Origin: Acidimicrobiia bacterium
GTDB lineage: Bacteria; Actinomycetota; Acidimicrobiia; Spongiisociales; JAHEDJ01
Length of the DNA: 64,000 bases
Direction of reading: 5' to 3'
Assembly (NCBI GenBank): GCA_029210695.1
Contig: JARGFH010000007.1
Span: 1 to 64,000 of the forward strand
Each line of letters begins with the position of its first letter. The stretch's first letter is position 1. A program made the position numbers and the translations under genes. The notes beneath the pieces were generated by a model. That model saw only the letters and a list, made by a program, of their open reading frames with translations, was not told the origin of the DNA and did not search any database. Below are positions 36,959 to 46,738 of the stretch, piece by piece.

Positions 36959-38286
36959 CAGCCCGTGAAGAGTTGCTCGACGTCGTGGATAGCCGTCGGA
37001 AGAGCAAATAGAATGAGGCGGTCACGGGCATGGATCTCTGTTGCGCCGTGCGGGACGACCACGTCGCCCTCGCGATGGATGCCTCCGATGATGGCGCCCG
37101 AGGTGAGGTCGAGTTCTCGGAGGAGCTTGCCAACCGCCCGGCTTTCCGGTGCCACTTCGATCTCAATGGCCTCGGCGTCGGTGTCCTTAAAGGTTGCCAC
37201 CGAGTGAATACGACCTCGCCGAACGAATCTGAGAATGGCATTGGCGGCTGCCAGGCGGGCGGAGACTGCTGCGTCGATGCCGCTGCCTCCCAGCAGGCCT
37301 ACGTAGGCAATCCGGTTGAACCGGGCAACCGTCGTAGATGCACCGAGTGCTTTCCCGACCATGCAAGAGAGGGCGTTGATTTGATCCCATCCTGTCAGGC
37401 CCACGATGGCGTCTTTGTCGCTGACTCCCAGCTCTTCCAGTACGGCCGGGTTGGTTGCATCGGCGCACAAGACCAGCACCCGATCGTGCCGTTCTGCGAG
37501 CGATCGGCATCGATCACCATCCTCGTCGACCATTACGACGTCAACTCCCCTTTCAAGGAGGCGATCTGCGGTGAGCTCGGCAAGTCGGGTGGCGCCGACG
37601 ATGATCGCTCTGCGTATGGGCTCCTGGTGCACACCCATGAACTCGGTGGCTCTGTCGAGGTTGGCGCGAGTCGTCATCAACAGCACGTGGTCGAGTTCCT
37701 CGATCACCGTGTCGCCGCGCGCCACGATGGTCTCGCCGTGGCGGACCACGGCAACCACGACCCATTCCCAGTTGGTTGCAGAGCGAAGTTCGCTGAGTGG
37801 TACTTTGACCATCGGGCTGTTCTTACGTGCAATGCTGCCAACCAGAACCAGTTCGCCGCGGGCGAACTCAACGAGGTCCGAGACGCCGCTGTGGCCAAGC
37901 AGGCCGACAATTTCTCGTGCCGCCATTTCGCCGGGATCGATGACGACGTCAACGCCGAGTCCAACCAGACCCGAGCGCAGCTCCTGGTCCTCGATACGAG
38001 CAACGGTCCGTTTCACCCCCATGGTGCGGGCGGTGTGACAAGCAAGCGCATTTGCACCATCGGAATTCGATACCGCAATCAGGAGATCCGCCTTCCGTAT
38101 CCCTGCTTCCTCCAGGGAGCTGGGGCTGGCGCCGTTACCGACGATGACAAGCGCATCGACCCGGTCCTGGAGCTCGGCGGCGTGACGCTCGTCGCTTTCG
38201 ATCACGACAACATCCTGGCCCTCACTCGATAGGCGTGCGGCCAGGTAGGAACCGACCGCTCCTGCTCCGACTATCACAATTCTCAT
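36958..38286 (-). CDS. trkA: Trk system potassium uptake protein TrkA (tandem RCK)
   Basis: MRIVIVGAGAVG; second Rossmann fold IIVGATRLA; TGATG coupling to trkH. Confidence 0.93.
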   Translation of the reverse strand: MRIVIVGAGAVGSYLAARLSSEGQDVVVIESDERHAAELQDRVDALVIVGNGASPSSLEEAGIRKADLLIAVSNSDGANALACHTARTMGVKRTVARIEDQELRSGLVGLGVDVVIDPGEMAAREIVGLLGHSGVSDLVEFARGELVLVGSIARKNSPMVKVPLSELRSATNWEWVVVAVVRHGETIVARGDTVIEELDHVLLMTTRANLDRATEFMGVHQEPIRRAIIVGATRLAELTADRLLERGVDVVMVDEDGDRCRSLAERHDRVLVLCADATNPAVLEELGVSDKDAIVGLTGWDQINALSCMVGKALGASTTVARFNRIAYVGLLGGSGIDAAVSARLAAANAILRFVRRGRIHSVATFKDTDAEAIEIEVAPESRAVGKLLRELDLTSGAIIGGIHREGDVVVPHGATEIHARDRLILFALPTAIHDVEQLFTG

Positions 38287-38369
38287 TCGCCGACCGCGCC
38301 TCCCTGAGGTAGCTCGACAGGGTAGTACCGGCCAAGTGCCGGGACGGGCCGAACTACACTCCGGCCGGA

Positions 38370-39611
38370 ATGATCGATCAGATGGGCTCGAAGGCGAGTG
38401 ATTCTGCACGAATCCTTGCCTCTCTCGACACTGCCACAAAGAACGAGGCGCTCTTCGCCATGGCGGGTGAGCTCGACGCGCGCGTCGCCTCCATCCTGGC
38501 GGCGAATGCTGATGACATGCAGGATGCCCGTGCTCAGGGCATCAGTGGCTCTCTTCTCGACCGGTTGGCGCTCAGTCCCGACCGTGTCGGTGCGATCGCG
38601 AATGGCTTGCGCAAGGTGGCGGGATTGCCGGATCCGATCGGATCGCTGACGGGTGGCTGGGTGCTGACGAACGGCATCCGTCTGCAGCGAATACGCGTTC
38701 CGCTGGGAGTAGTGGCGATCATCTACGAGGCCCGGCCCAATGTGACGGCGGATGCGGCGGGGCTGTGTTTCAAGTCCGGCAATGCTTCAATTCTACGCGG
38801 TTCGTCTTACACACTGCGGTCGAACAACGCGATCGCCAACGCCCTGCGGGCCGCCCTCGAGGGGCTCGGCCTGCCTGCCGACGGCGTCCAACTCATGCAG
38901 GACACGAGCCGGGAGGGCGCCACCGCGCTCATGCAGGCGAAGGATTGGATCGATCTTCTCGTGCCGAGGGGCGGTCCCGGCCTTATCTCTGCCATCGAAG
39001 AACTGGCGACCGTGCCATTCGTGATAGATGGGGCCGGGAATTGCCACGTCTATGTTGATGCCTCGGCTGACCTCGAGATGGCGGCTGACATCGCGTTCAA
39101 CGCCAAGACACACCGACCCGGTGTGTGCAATGCAGCCGAGAAGTTGTTGGTGCACGGGGACGTCGCCGCCGAGTTCCTGCCCGTCATTGCAGAGCGATTG
39201 CTGAGTGCGGGCGTTGAACTGCGCGGTGATGCTGAAACCCGGGTCATTCTCCCGGGCATCGCACCCGCAACTGAGGACGATTGGCCGACCGAGTTCCTTG
39301 ATCTCGTCATGGCGATCAAGGTGGTGCCGTCGCTCGATGCCGCGCTCGATCACATTCGTGCGTACTCGACCGGACACACGGAGGCGATAGTGACAGGCGA
39401 TCTGATGGCTTCCGAGCGATTCGTGCGTGAGACCGACAGCGCGGTCGTCATGGTGAATGCTTCAACGCGTTTCACCGACGGCGAGGAGTTCGGCTTCGGC
39501 GCCGAGATAGGTATCTCTACCCAGAAGCTGCATGTTCGCGGCCCGATGGGCCTGGAGGCACTCACCACAGAGAAGTACGTGTTGCATGGGGAAGGCCAGA
39601 TCCGTTCATGA
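38370..39611 (+). CDS. proA: Glutamate-5-semialdehyde dehydrogenase
   Basis: IYEARPNVT, GNCHVYVD, CNAAE, NASTRFTDG, GISTQKLH. Confidence 0.96.
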   Translation: MIDQMGSKASDSARILASLDTATKNEALFAMAGELDARVASILAANADDMQDARAQGISGSLLDRLALSPDRVGAIANGLRKVAGLPDPIGSLTGGWVLTNGIRLQRIRVPLGVVAIIYEARPNVTADAAGLCFKSGNASILRGSSYTLRSNNAIANALRAALEGLGLPADGVQLMQDTSREGATALMQAKDWIDLLVPRGGPGLISAIEELATVPFVIDGAGNCHVYVDASADLEMAADIAFNAKTHRPGVCNAAEKLLVHGDVAAEFLPVIAERLLSAGVELRGDAETRVILPGIAPATEDDWPTEFLDLVMAIKVVPSLDAALDHIRAYSTGHTEAIVTGDLMASERFVRETDSAVVMVNASTRFTDGEEFGFGAEIGISTQKLHVRGPMGLEALTTEKYVLHGEGQIRS

Positions 39612-40462
39612 TCACATTTGCCGCACCGGGTGATGTCAAAGTCGCACTCGACGAAGCGAAGTACCTGGCAGACGATCGTATTGCTCAGGTTGTCTTCCTC
39701 GCCGAACGCCTGGGCAAACCGGTGCTGATCGAGGGTCCGGCCGGTGTCGGCAAGACCGAACTCGCCAAAGCCCTGGCAGCTGTCCACGAGAGACGGTTGA
39801 TCCGCTTGCAGTGTTACGAGGGGCTGGACGAATCGAAAGCCCTTTACGAGTGGAACTACAAGAAGCAACTTCTTCGAATTCAAGCCGACCAGGGATCGGA
39901 CTGGAGTGAGCTCGAAGACGACATCTTCAGCGAGGACTATCTGCTGACCCGCCCGCTGCTCGAGGCGATCACCACCGATGAGCCGGTGGTCTTGTTGATC
40001 GATGAGATCGACCGGGTTGAGGTGGAGACGGAGGCGCTCCTCCTCGAGGTGCTTTCCGAATTCCAGGTGTCGATTCCTGAACTCGGAACGATGCGGGCGA
40101 AGTCCCAACCGCTTGTGTTGCTCACGTCGAACAACACACGGGAGCTCTCCGAGGCCCTCAAGCGCCGTTGCCTGTTCCTCCACATCGGATACCCGACGGT
40201 TGAGCGCGAGAAGGCGATCCTCCTGGCCCGGGTTGAAGGGGTGACCGAGCATCTGGCGGAGCAAGTGGCTCGTATCGTCCGGAGTGTGCGCAGTTTCGAC
40301 CTGAAGAAGCCACCATCGGTATCTGAGTCGATCGACTGGGCGAGAACCCTCATCGCGCTCGGTGTGGCCGAGGTTGAAGCTTCGGATGTCATCGATACGC
40401 TCCACGTGCTGCTCAAGTACCAGACTGACATCGAGCGAGTCGCCAAAGACCTCGAAGTCTGA
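39608..40462 (+). CDS. MoxR/CoxD-family AAA+ ATPase
   Basis: EGPAGVGKT, LQCYEG, YEWNY, LLIDEID, SEALKRRC. Confidence 0.9.
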   Translation: MITFAAPGDVKVALDEAKYLADDRIAQVVFLAERLGKPVLIEGPAGVGKTELAKALAAVHERRLIRLQCYEGLDESKALYEWNYKKQLLRIQADQGSDWSELEDDIFSEDYLLTRPLLEAITTDEPVVLLIDEIDRVEVETEALLLEVLSEFQVSIPELGTMRAKSQPLVLLTSNNTRELSEALKRRCLFLHIGYPTVEREKAILLARVEGVTEHLAEQVARIVRSVRSFDLKKPPSVSESIDWARTLIALGVAEVEASDVIDTLHVLLKYQTDIERVAKDLEV

Positions 40463-40476
40463 GTGGGTTGAGCTTC

Positions 40477-41952
40477 ATGCTGCTCGACGTCCTCACCGGA
40501 TTCATCCAGGAGCTGAGAGCAGCGGGCGTTCCCGTGTCGATGGTAGAAGCAATCGATGCCACGGAAGCGCTCCGTTTCACGGATCTTGCCGAGCGGCCTG
40601 CGTTCAAGGCAACGCTCGAAACCACTCTGGTCAAGAACGTTCGTCACCTCGAAGCCTTCGACACGGCGTTCGAGGTGTACTTCGCCCATCATCGACCCGA
40701 ACCCGAATCTTCCGGCGAGAAGTCCGGTCCAGACGCGTCGCAGCAGCCGCCCGGGCAGTCCGACCGGCCGGGTGCCGGAGGCGAGGTAGACCTCGACGAG
40801 TTGCTCGAAGCCCTCTTCCAGGCGCTTTTGTCAGATGATCTCGCAGGGATCCGGGCCCTGGTCAGGCGAGCGGTCGACGAGTTCGCCGGCATTGAGCCTG
40901 GACGACCGGTGGGCGGCACGTATTACCTCTACCGGACGCAGCGGCGGTTGGGGATCGAAGGCCTGCTCGAGCGACTTCTGGAGTCTGAACAGGGCAAGGC
41001 CCAGTCCGATCTCGAAGAGCGCCTCATCCGCGAAGAATACGAGGAGCGGATCGAGCAACTCCGTGAGGAGATCCGTGACGAGATCCGGCGCCGGTTGGTA
41101 GCCGACCGGGGTCGAGAAGCTGTGGCCAAGACCCTCAGGAAGCCCTTGCTCGAAGACGTTGATCTGATGCATGCCTCCCGGGCCGACCTGGCCCAAATCG
41201 AGCAAATCATCAACCCGCTGACCCGCAAGCTGGCGGCGCGTTTGGCTCACAAGCGCCGGCTGCGGCGGTCGGGACGACTCGACTTTCGGAGAACGATGCG
41301 CCGATCACTGGCGACGGGCGGCGTCCCGATCGACCCCCAATTCCGCGTGCCGCATCCGATCAAGCCGGAGATCTTCATGTTGTGTGATATCTCCGGATCG
41401 ATGGCTACATTCGCCCGGTTCACTCTCCAGTTCATGTATGCGATGTCGAGTCAGTTCTCGAAGGTGCGATCGTTTGCCTTCATCGATGCTCTCGACGAGG
41501 TCACTTCATATCTGGAGGTTGGAACCGATTTCCCACAGGCGCTCGACCGGATCTCCACGGAGGCCGAGGTCGTGTGGGTAGATGGTCATTCCGACTACGG
41601 CCGATCGTTGGACCAGTTCTGGGACCGTTTCGGTGGCAGCCTGACCCGCCGGTCCACGGTCATCCTCACCGGAGACGCTCGCAACAACTACCGGGACGTG
41701 AACAGCTCAATCCTCCCCAAACTGGTTGAGGTCTCACGAGCCGTGTACTGGCTCAACCCTGAGCCGGAGGCATACTGGGACACCGGGGATTCGGTAATGG
41801 GTGCCTATTCCCGCCATTGCACCGGGGCGTATGAGGTGCGGAACCTCCGCCAACTCGAGGCATTTGTCGAGCAGATTGCGCTGCCTCCTGTGGGTCGAGT
41901 TGCCCGCCCGGTGCCTCACGAACCCGGTCCCGGACGTTTCTGGCGACGCTGA
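40477..41952 (+). CDS. CoxE-like vWA domain protein
   Basis: CDISGSM (MIDAS), GHSDYG, GDARNN, WLNPEP. Confidence 0.88.
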   Translation: MLLDVLTGFIQELRAAGVPVSMVEAIDATEALRFTDLAERPAFKATLETTLVKNVRHLEAFDTAFEVYFAHHRPEPESSGEKSGPDASQQPPGQSDRPGAGGEVDLDELLEALFQALLSDDLAGIRALVRRAVDEFAGIEPGRPVGGTYYLYRTQRRLGIEGLLERLLESEQGKAQSDLEERLIREEYEERIEQLREEIRDEIRRRLVADRGREAVAKTLRKPLLEDVDLMHASRADLAQIEQIINPLTRKLAARLAHKRRLRRSGRLDFRRTMRRSLATGGVPIDPQFRVPHPIKPEIFMLCDISGSMATFARFTLQFMYAMSSQFSKVRSFAFIDALDEVTSYLEVGTDFPQALDRISTEAEVVWVDGHSDYGRSLDQFWDRFGGSLTRRSTVILTGDARNNYRDVNSSILPKLVEVSRAVYWLNPEPEAYWDTGDSVMGAYSRHCTGAYEVRNLRQLEAFVEQIALPPVGRVARPVPHEPGPGRFWRR

Positions 41953-42104
41953 ACCAACTAGTCAATCTGCGGTTTCTTTGCATAGTTAGGATTGTGCGTA
42001 AAGATACGGGTCTGAGGGGTCGATACCAGACACATAGGTTGGGCGAAAGCGACCACTTTTCGATCGCCGGGCCCGGCCGACGAGATTGAGTAGCAGGTAG
42101 CAGA

Positions 42105-42512
42105 GTGCTTGAGGAGACAGTTGTGACACAGCGGGTGCTGGTCGTTGAGGACTCGGCGGTGATCCGCCGGTTGATCGAAGTCTGTCTTCGCCCTGCCAGC
42201 CTGGAAGTGATCATGAGGGAGGATGGGCCGCAGGGCCTCGAAGCAGCCATCACAGATCAGCCCGACCTCCTTGTCCTCGATATCGGCCTTCCTGAAATGG
42301 ACGGGTGGGAGGTCCTCTACAGGCTCCGCTCGGACATCCGCACCAAGAATCTTCCAGTGCTAGTGCTCACAGCACACGCTGAAGAAGAGTCCCGGAGGCG
42401 AGCTGATGAGGGCGGTGCCGATGCCTTCGTCACAAAGCCCTTCCAGCCCAACGAATTCCGCCAGGAAGTTCTCAACCTGCTGGCCCGCCCGCGGGCGGCC
42501 GTCAGCCTGTAG
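42105..42512 (+). CDS. Single-domain response regulator (CheY-like)
   Basis: VVEDS, LDIGLPEMDG, LTA, KPF. Confidence 0.9.
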   Translation: MLEETVVTQRVLVVEDSAVIRRLIEVCLRPASLEVIMREDGPQGLEAAITDQPDLLVLDIGLPEMDGWEVLYRLRSDIRTKNLPVLVLTAHAEEESRRRADEGGADAFVTKPFQPNEFRQEVLNLLARPRAAVSL

Positions 42513-42704
42513 GAAGCCCCGGGTTCTCAGAACCCGTCGCCTGAGTTCTCTGCTGGTTCTTCCCTGCCAGCTGCCTATGGTCAACTGCGAACCGCCCTTG
42601 CGTATGGCCCCGGTTCGCCAGGCGGCGGGTACCGGGTAAATTGGCGTAGTTGGGGGTCGCCGTCGGCGCTCTATCGTCAGATCAATCGTTTTCCAGGAGG
42701 ATCC

Positions 42705-43706
42705 ATGAAAGTTGCCATCAACGGTTTCGGGCGTATCGGACGCGCAGTCTTCCGTATCATCGCCGAGCGAAACGACCCCGATCTCCAGGTCGTTGCCGTC
42801 AATGACCTGACCGATGACGACACGCTCGCCCATCTGCTCAAGTACGACACGGTGTTCGGTCGGTTTCCCGGAGACATCGAAGTTGGCGACGGCGTCATGA
42901 AGGCCGGCGGCCAGACCGTTGCGATGCTCATGGAGCGCGACCCGGCCGCCCTCCCGTGGAGCGAACTCGGAGTGGACGTGGTAGTCGAGTCCACCGGCGT
43001 GTTCCGCGATCGCCCGTCACTGGAGAAGCATCTGGCGGCCGGCGCCAAGCGGGTACTGCTTACTGTTCCCGCCAAAGACCCGGTCGACGCCACGGTCGTA
43101 ATGGGGGTCAACGACGAGACGATGACTGCCGAGGCCAAGCTGGTCTCGAACGCGTCGTGCACGACTAACTGCCTGGCACCGCTTGTGAAAGTACTCGACG
43201 AAGCGTTCGGCATCGAGCGTGGATTGATGACCACGATTCACGCCTATACAAACGACCAGAACATTGCCGACAGCCCGCACAAGGACCTTCGTCGGGCCCG
43301 TCACGCGGCCGCCAACATCATCCCGACGACCACCGGGGCGGCGCGGGCCGTCGGCAAGGTTCTACCGCATCTAGAGGGCAAGCTAGATGGCATGGCAATG
43401 CGGGTTCCCGTTGCAGATGGCTCGATCGTCGACTTTGTCGCAGAACTCAAAGTCGACGTGACGAAGGAACAGATCAATGCCGCCTTCAAAGCTGCTGCCG
43501 AGGGAGAACTGAAGGGCATCCTCGAATACACCGAAGACCCCATCGTCTCCTCCGACATCATCGGGAATCCGCATTCCAGTATCTTCGATTCCCAGCTGAC
43601 CTCGGTCATGGGCGGAAATCTGGTCAAGGTTGTGTCGTGGTACGACAACGAGTGGGGATACTCGAGCCGCGTCGTCGACATGCTCTCGGCGATGGCGGAT
43701 CAGTAG
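42705..43706 (+). CDS. gap: Glyceraldehyde-3-phosphate dehydrogenase, type I
   Basis: [29 protein letters not shown]. Confidence 0.98.
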   Translation: MKVAINGFGRIGRAVFRIIAERNDPDLQVVAVNDLTDDDTLAHLLKYDTVFGRFPGDIEVGDGVMKAGGQTVAMLMERDPAALPWSELGVDVVVESTGVFRDRPSLEKHLAAGAKRVLLTVPAKDPVDATVVMGVNDETMTAEAKLVSNASCTTNCLAPLVKVLDEAFGIERGLMTTIHAYTNDQNIADSPHKDLRRARHAAANIIPTTTGAARAVGKVLPHLEGKLDGMAMRVPVADGSIVDFVAELKVDVTKEQINAAFKAAAEGELKGILEYTEDPIVSSDIIGNPHSSIFDSQLTSVMGGNLVKVVSWYDNEWGYSSRVVDMLSAMADQ

Positions 43707-43723
43707 CAACCGGCATCGAGTCG

Positions 43724-43835
43724 GCCCCCTACGCGTGTCTCCCTCGCGGCACGTGGGGGAGTACAACCTACGATCCATGAGCGTTTCTCCCTCGCGTTAG
43801 CGGGGGAGATGCCGAGTCTTCGAGGCAGAGGGGGC
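43724..43835. repeat. REP-like composite palindromic element
   Basis: Two TCTCCCTCGCG..GGGGGAG hairpins (about 43738 and 43786) enclosed by GCCCCCT/AGGGGGC. Confidence 0.55.
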
Positions 43836-43935
43836 AGCGGGACGGGATAGTCGAACAGGCGAACGAGGCACTTCACCCGCCGTCGACATGGTCTTACAGT
43901 GACGGTGGCGGTCGGCGGGCGGGGAGAGGAGTTCG

Positions 43936-44439
43936 TTGTATCTCGCCTCCGCCATCTTGCTGGCGATCAACCTGCTCATCCCGGCTGCGGCAAGCTGTGG
44001 TGGCATGGACCCGCCGGTCCCCGGTCCAGTGGTTCAAGGATTCGAGCCGGTGGGCCGGTATGCAGGCCACTGGGGTGTCGACTACCACGCGGTTGCGGGT
44101 ACGGCAGTCACCGCCGGTCAAGCCGGGACGGTGTCCTTTGCCGGCGTCGTGGCCGGTAATCGGACGATCACGATCGACCATGGTGGCGGGGTGAAGTCCA
44201 GCTACTCGTATCTGTCGTCGGTCTCGGTCGAGGTCGGTGAGCGCATCCGTCGCGGTGCGGCCATCGGTCTGTCCGGTCGTGCCCACGGGACGGATGCCGT
44301 CCATTTCTCCGTGAGGGTCGGCGGGACCTACGTCGATCCGAACCGACTGTTTTCGTGTTCGCTGCTCGATCCGGCCGCCGCCCTCCGACTCGTGCCCGTC
44401 TCCCGAAGGTCTCGATCGTCCGCCTATCCTGTCGGATAG
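43936..44439 (+). CDS. M23 family metallopeptidase
   Basis: HWGVD (HxxxD), V.FAG, HFSV (HxH degenerate), YVDP; start uncertain. Confidence 0.8.
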   Translation: MYLASAILLAINLLIPAAASCGGMDPPVPGPVVQGFEPVGRYAGHWGVDYHAVAGTAVTAGQAGTVSFAGVVAGNRTITIDHGGGVKSSYSYLSSVSVEVGERIRRGAAIGLSGRAHGTDAVHFSVRVGGTYVDPNRLFSCSLLDPAAALRLVPVSRRSRSSAYPVG

Positions 44440-45005
44440 TGAAAAGGGGCATTCTAGGCGGAACATTCGATCCGCCCCACATAGCGCATCTAATCGCCGG
44501 CGAGGCCGCCTACCGGCAACTGGCGCTCGACATCGTCTCCTTCGTCCCGGCCGGGTCGCCATGGCAAAAGGCCGACTCGGGCGTTTCCGGCGCCGAGCAT
44601 CGATTGGCGATGATCAGCCTCAGCGTCGAGCATATTCCGTACTTCGTGGCAGACGACATTGAAATCCGGAGGGAGGGGTCGAGCTTCATGGTCGACACGG
44701 TAGAGTCATTCGACGGCGAGGACATCGTCCTGATCCTGGGGGCCGATGCTGCGCTCGGCATCCGCTCATGGCATCGGTGGAGGGATCTCCTCGAGCGAGT
44801 CGACTTGGCCGTTGCGCCCAGACCAGGGGTTGGACGCCACGAGGTCGAGCATGCTGTACCCAAACCCATCGAATGGCTCGATATGGCGCCGCTCGACCTC
44901 TCCGCAACCGACGTGCGCGAGCGGGCTCGCAAAGGCTTGAGCATCCGGTTCTATGTGCGCGAACGGGTGTGGCAGTACGTGCAGGAGCATCACGTTTATG
45001 GCTAG
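44439..45005 (+). CDS. nadD: Nicotinate-nucleotide adenylyltransferase
   Basis: GGTFDPPHIAH, ILGAD, LSATDVR. Confidence 0.93.
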   Translation: MKRGILGGTFDPPHIAHLIAGEAAYRQLALDIVSFVPAGSPWQKADSGVSGAEHRLAMISLSVEHIPYFVADDIEIRREGSSFMVDTVESFDGEDIVLILGADAALGIRSWHRWRDLLERVDLAVAPRPGVGRHEVEHAVPKPIEWLDMAPLDLSATDVRERARKGLSIRFYVRERVWQYVQEHHVYG

Positions 45006-46218
45006 GTCCAGACACGGTCGGAGGCGACGGTCGGGGAATATCGGCCAAACCGCACCCTCACCCCGGGAGATCGAGCGTGAAGCCCGGTCTGAGGCGGCGA
45101 GGTTGGCTCGCCGCAGAATTGTACTGGCGACGGTTGCTGCCGTCGCGATCGTGGTAGGAACCGTGTGGGTTGCTGCTTGGTTGAACCGCACACCGGACGC
45201 CAGTCCGCCCGATGTAGAAGCCCCCCCAGATTCCGGCGCCTCGTTGCTGCTGGGTCTGACCGACGAGCGTGGTTCACTTGTCTCGATAGCGCTGGTGGCT
45301 TCGCACTCCGTCGAGGAATCCCGGCTGGTGCTGTTCCCGCCTTCGCTGGCTGCTGTTCTTCCCGGCTACGGCGAGCGTGATCTCGCCGATGCGGTCCTGT
45401 TCGGGGGGCCCGACCTGTTGCGTCTCACCATCGCCAACTTGCTGGGAATTCGCATCGACTCGGTGGGGGTAGCGGATGTCGGCGCGTTTGCCGCATCGGT
45501 CGGCGGGCCGATCAGCGTTGATCTGACGAAGCCTCTGGTCGTCTCCGATGCAGGCGGCGAGACCGTCGCGTACGGACAGGGAGTCGCCGAGCGGAGCACC
45601 GAGGATCTCAAGCGGCTGCTCTCCGAGCAGGGCACCGGAGATCAACTCGCGTTGCTCGTGAGACAGAGTGCGGTGTGGGAGGCGGTATTCGCCGCCGCCG
45701 CGATAGATGGAGTGGTTCTCGACGGTCTGCTGGCAAGCGTGGAACAGAGCTCCGATGTGGCCTATCAGGCGATGTCAACTGCGGTGGTTGCCGACCCGCT
45801 GCTGGTGAGCGCCGTACCCACCAACCGGGTAGTGGGAGTAGGGCCGAGTACCGAGCGCTACACCGTCTCTACGGAAGAAGGAGCCGCCTTTGTTCTCGAA
45901 TCGTTCGACTATCTGCAACTTGCGGATGAACCCCGGCTGCGCATAGAGATCCTCAACGGTAACGGTCTGGTTGGAACGACGGCGCCCGTCGCCCGGGTGC
46001 TGATCGAGGCCGGCTACCGGGTGGTGTTCACCGACAATGCTGATCGCCAGGACTACGAGACCAGTCGTTTGATCGCGCAGGGATCCGAGCACCAGTCGGC
46101 TGCCGTCGCGATCCAACGGCTGCTCGGTACCGGCGAGGTCTTTCTCGAACAGCGGCAACCCAGCGGAGTGGTGGACCTCACTATCATTGTTGGATCAGAT
46201 CTCGCCGTTCAGGGGTGA
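44998..46218 (+). CDS. LCP/LytR C-terminal domain membrane protein
   Basis: N-terminal TM; C-terminal IEILNGNG...NAD...DLTIIVGSD. Confidence 0.8.
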   Translation: MARSRHGRRRRSGNIGQTAPSPREIEREARSEAARLARRRIVLATVAAVAIVVGTVWVAAWLNRTPDASPPDVEAPPDSGASLLLGLTDERGSLVSIALVASHSVEESRLVLFPPSLAAVLPGYGERDLADAVLFGGPDLLRLTIANLLGIRIDSVGVADVGAFAASVGGPISVDLTKPLVVSDAGGETVAYGQGVAERSTEDLKRLLSEQGTGDQLALLVRQSAVWEAVFAAAAIDGVVLDGLLASVEQSSDVAYQAMSTAVVADPLLVSAVPTNRVVGVGPSTERYTVSTEEGAAFVLESFDYLQLADEPRLRIEILNGNGLVGTTAPVARVLIEAGYRVVFTDNADRQDYETSRLIAQGSEHQSAAVAIQRLLGTGEVFLEQRQPSGVVDLTIIVGSDLAVQG

Positions 46219-46598
46219 CCACCATCACAGTCGAAACCGATAGCTACAGCACCGCCCGTCAGATTGCCGACATCCTCGACGATAAGAAGGCCGAACACAT
46301 CACGTTGCTCGATGTCTCGGACCTCATTCAGATCACAGAAGTCTTCGTGATCGCCACCGGTAACTCCCGCCGTCAGATCTTGACCCTCGCCGATGAACTT
46401 TCGGTTCAGATGAAGGCTGCCGACCATGGACCGCTCCGGACCGAAGGGCGAGAGGATGCCCTCTGGATGTTGATCGATTTCGGCGACGTCGTTGTACACC
46501 TTTTCCAGCTGGAACCCCGTCGGCATTACGATCTCGAGCGATTGTGGGGCAATGCGCCGCGTCTCGAGTGGGAGCCTGCCGCAGTCGGCGAGGGATGA
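46215..46598 (+). CDS. rsfS: Ribosome silencing factor
   Basis: DKKAE, WMLIDFGDVVVHLF, YDLERLW. Confidence 0.95.
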   Translation: MTTITVETDSYSTARQIADILDDKKAEHITLLDVSDLIQITEVFVIATGNSRRQILTLADELSVQMKAADHGPLRTEGREDALWMLIDFGDVVVHLFQLEPRRHYDLERLWGNAPRLEWEPAAVGEG

Positions 46599-46625
46599 TC
46601 CGGTGGTAAAGTACCGATCCGATCC

Positions 46626-46702
46626 GGGGCTGTAGCTCAGCTTGGCAGAGCACTTGCATGGCATGCAAGGGGTCAGGGGTTCAAATCCCCTCAGCTCCAC
46701 CA
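46626..46702 (+). tRNA. tRNA-Ala(GGC)
   Basis: GGGGCTGTAGCTCAG...CTTGC-ATGGCAT-GCAAG...GGTTCAAATCCC...CTCCACCA. Confidence 0.96.
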
Positions 46703-46704
46703 CC

Positions 46705-46732
46705 GAAAACCCCTGTAAATACAGGGGTTTTC
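46705..46732. terminator. Hairpin between tRNA-Ala and the convergent integrase
   Basis: GAAAACCCCTGT-AAAT-ACAGGGGTTTTC. Confidence 0.75.
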
Positions 46733-46738
46733 GCCTAT

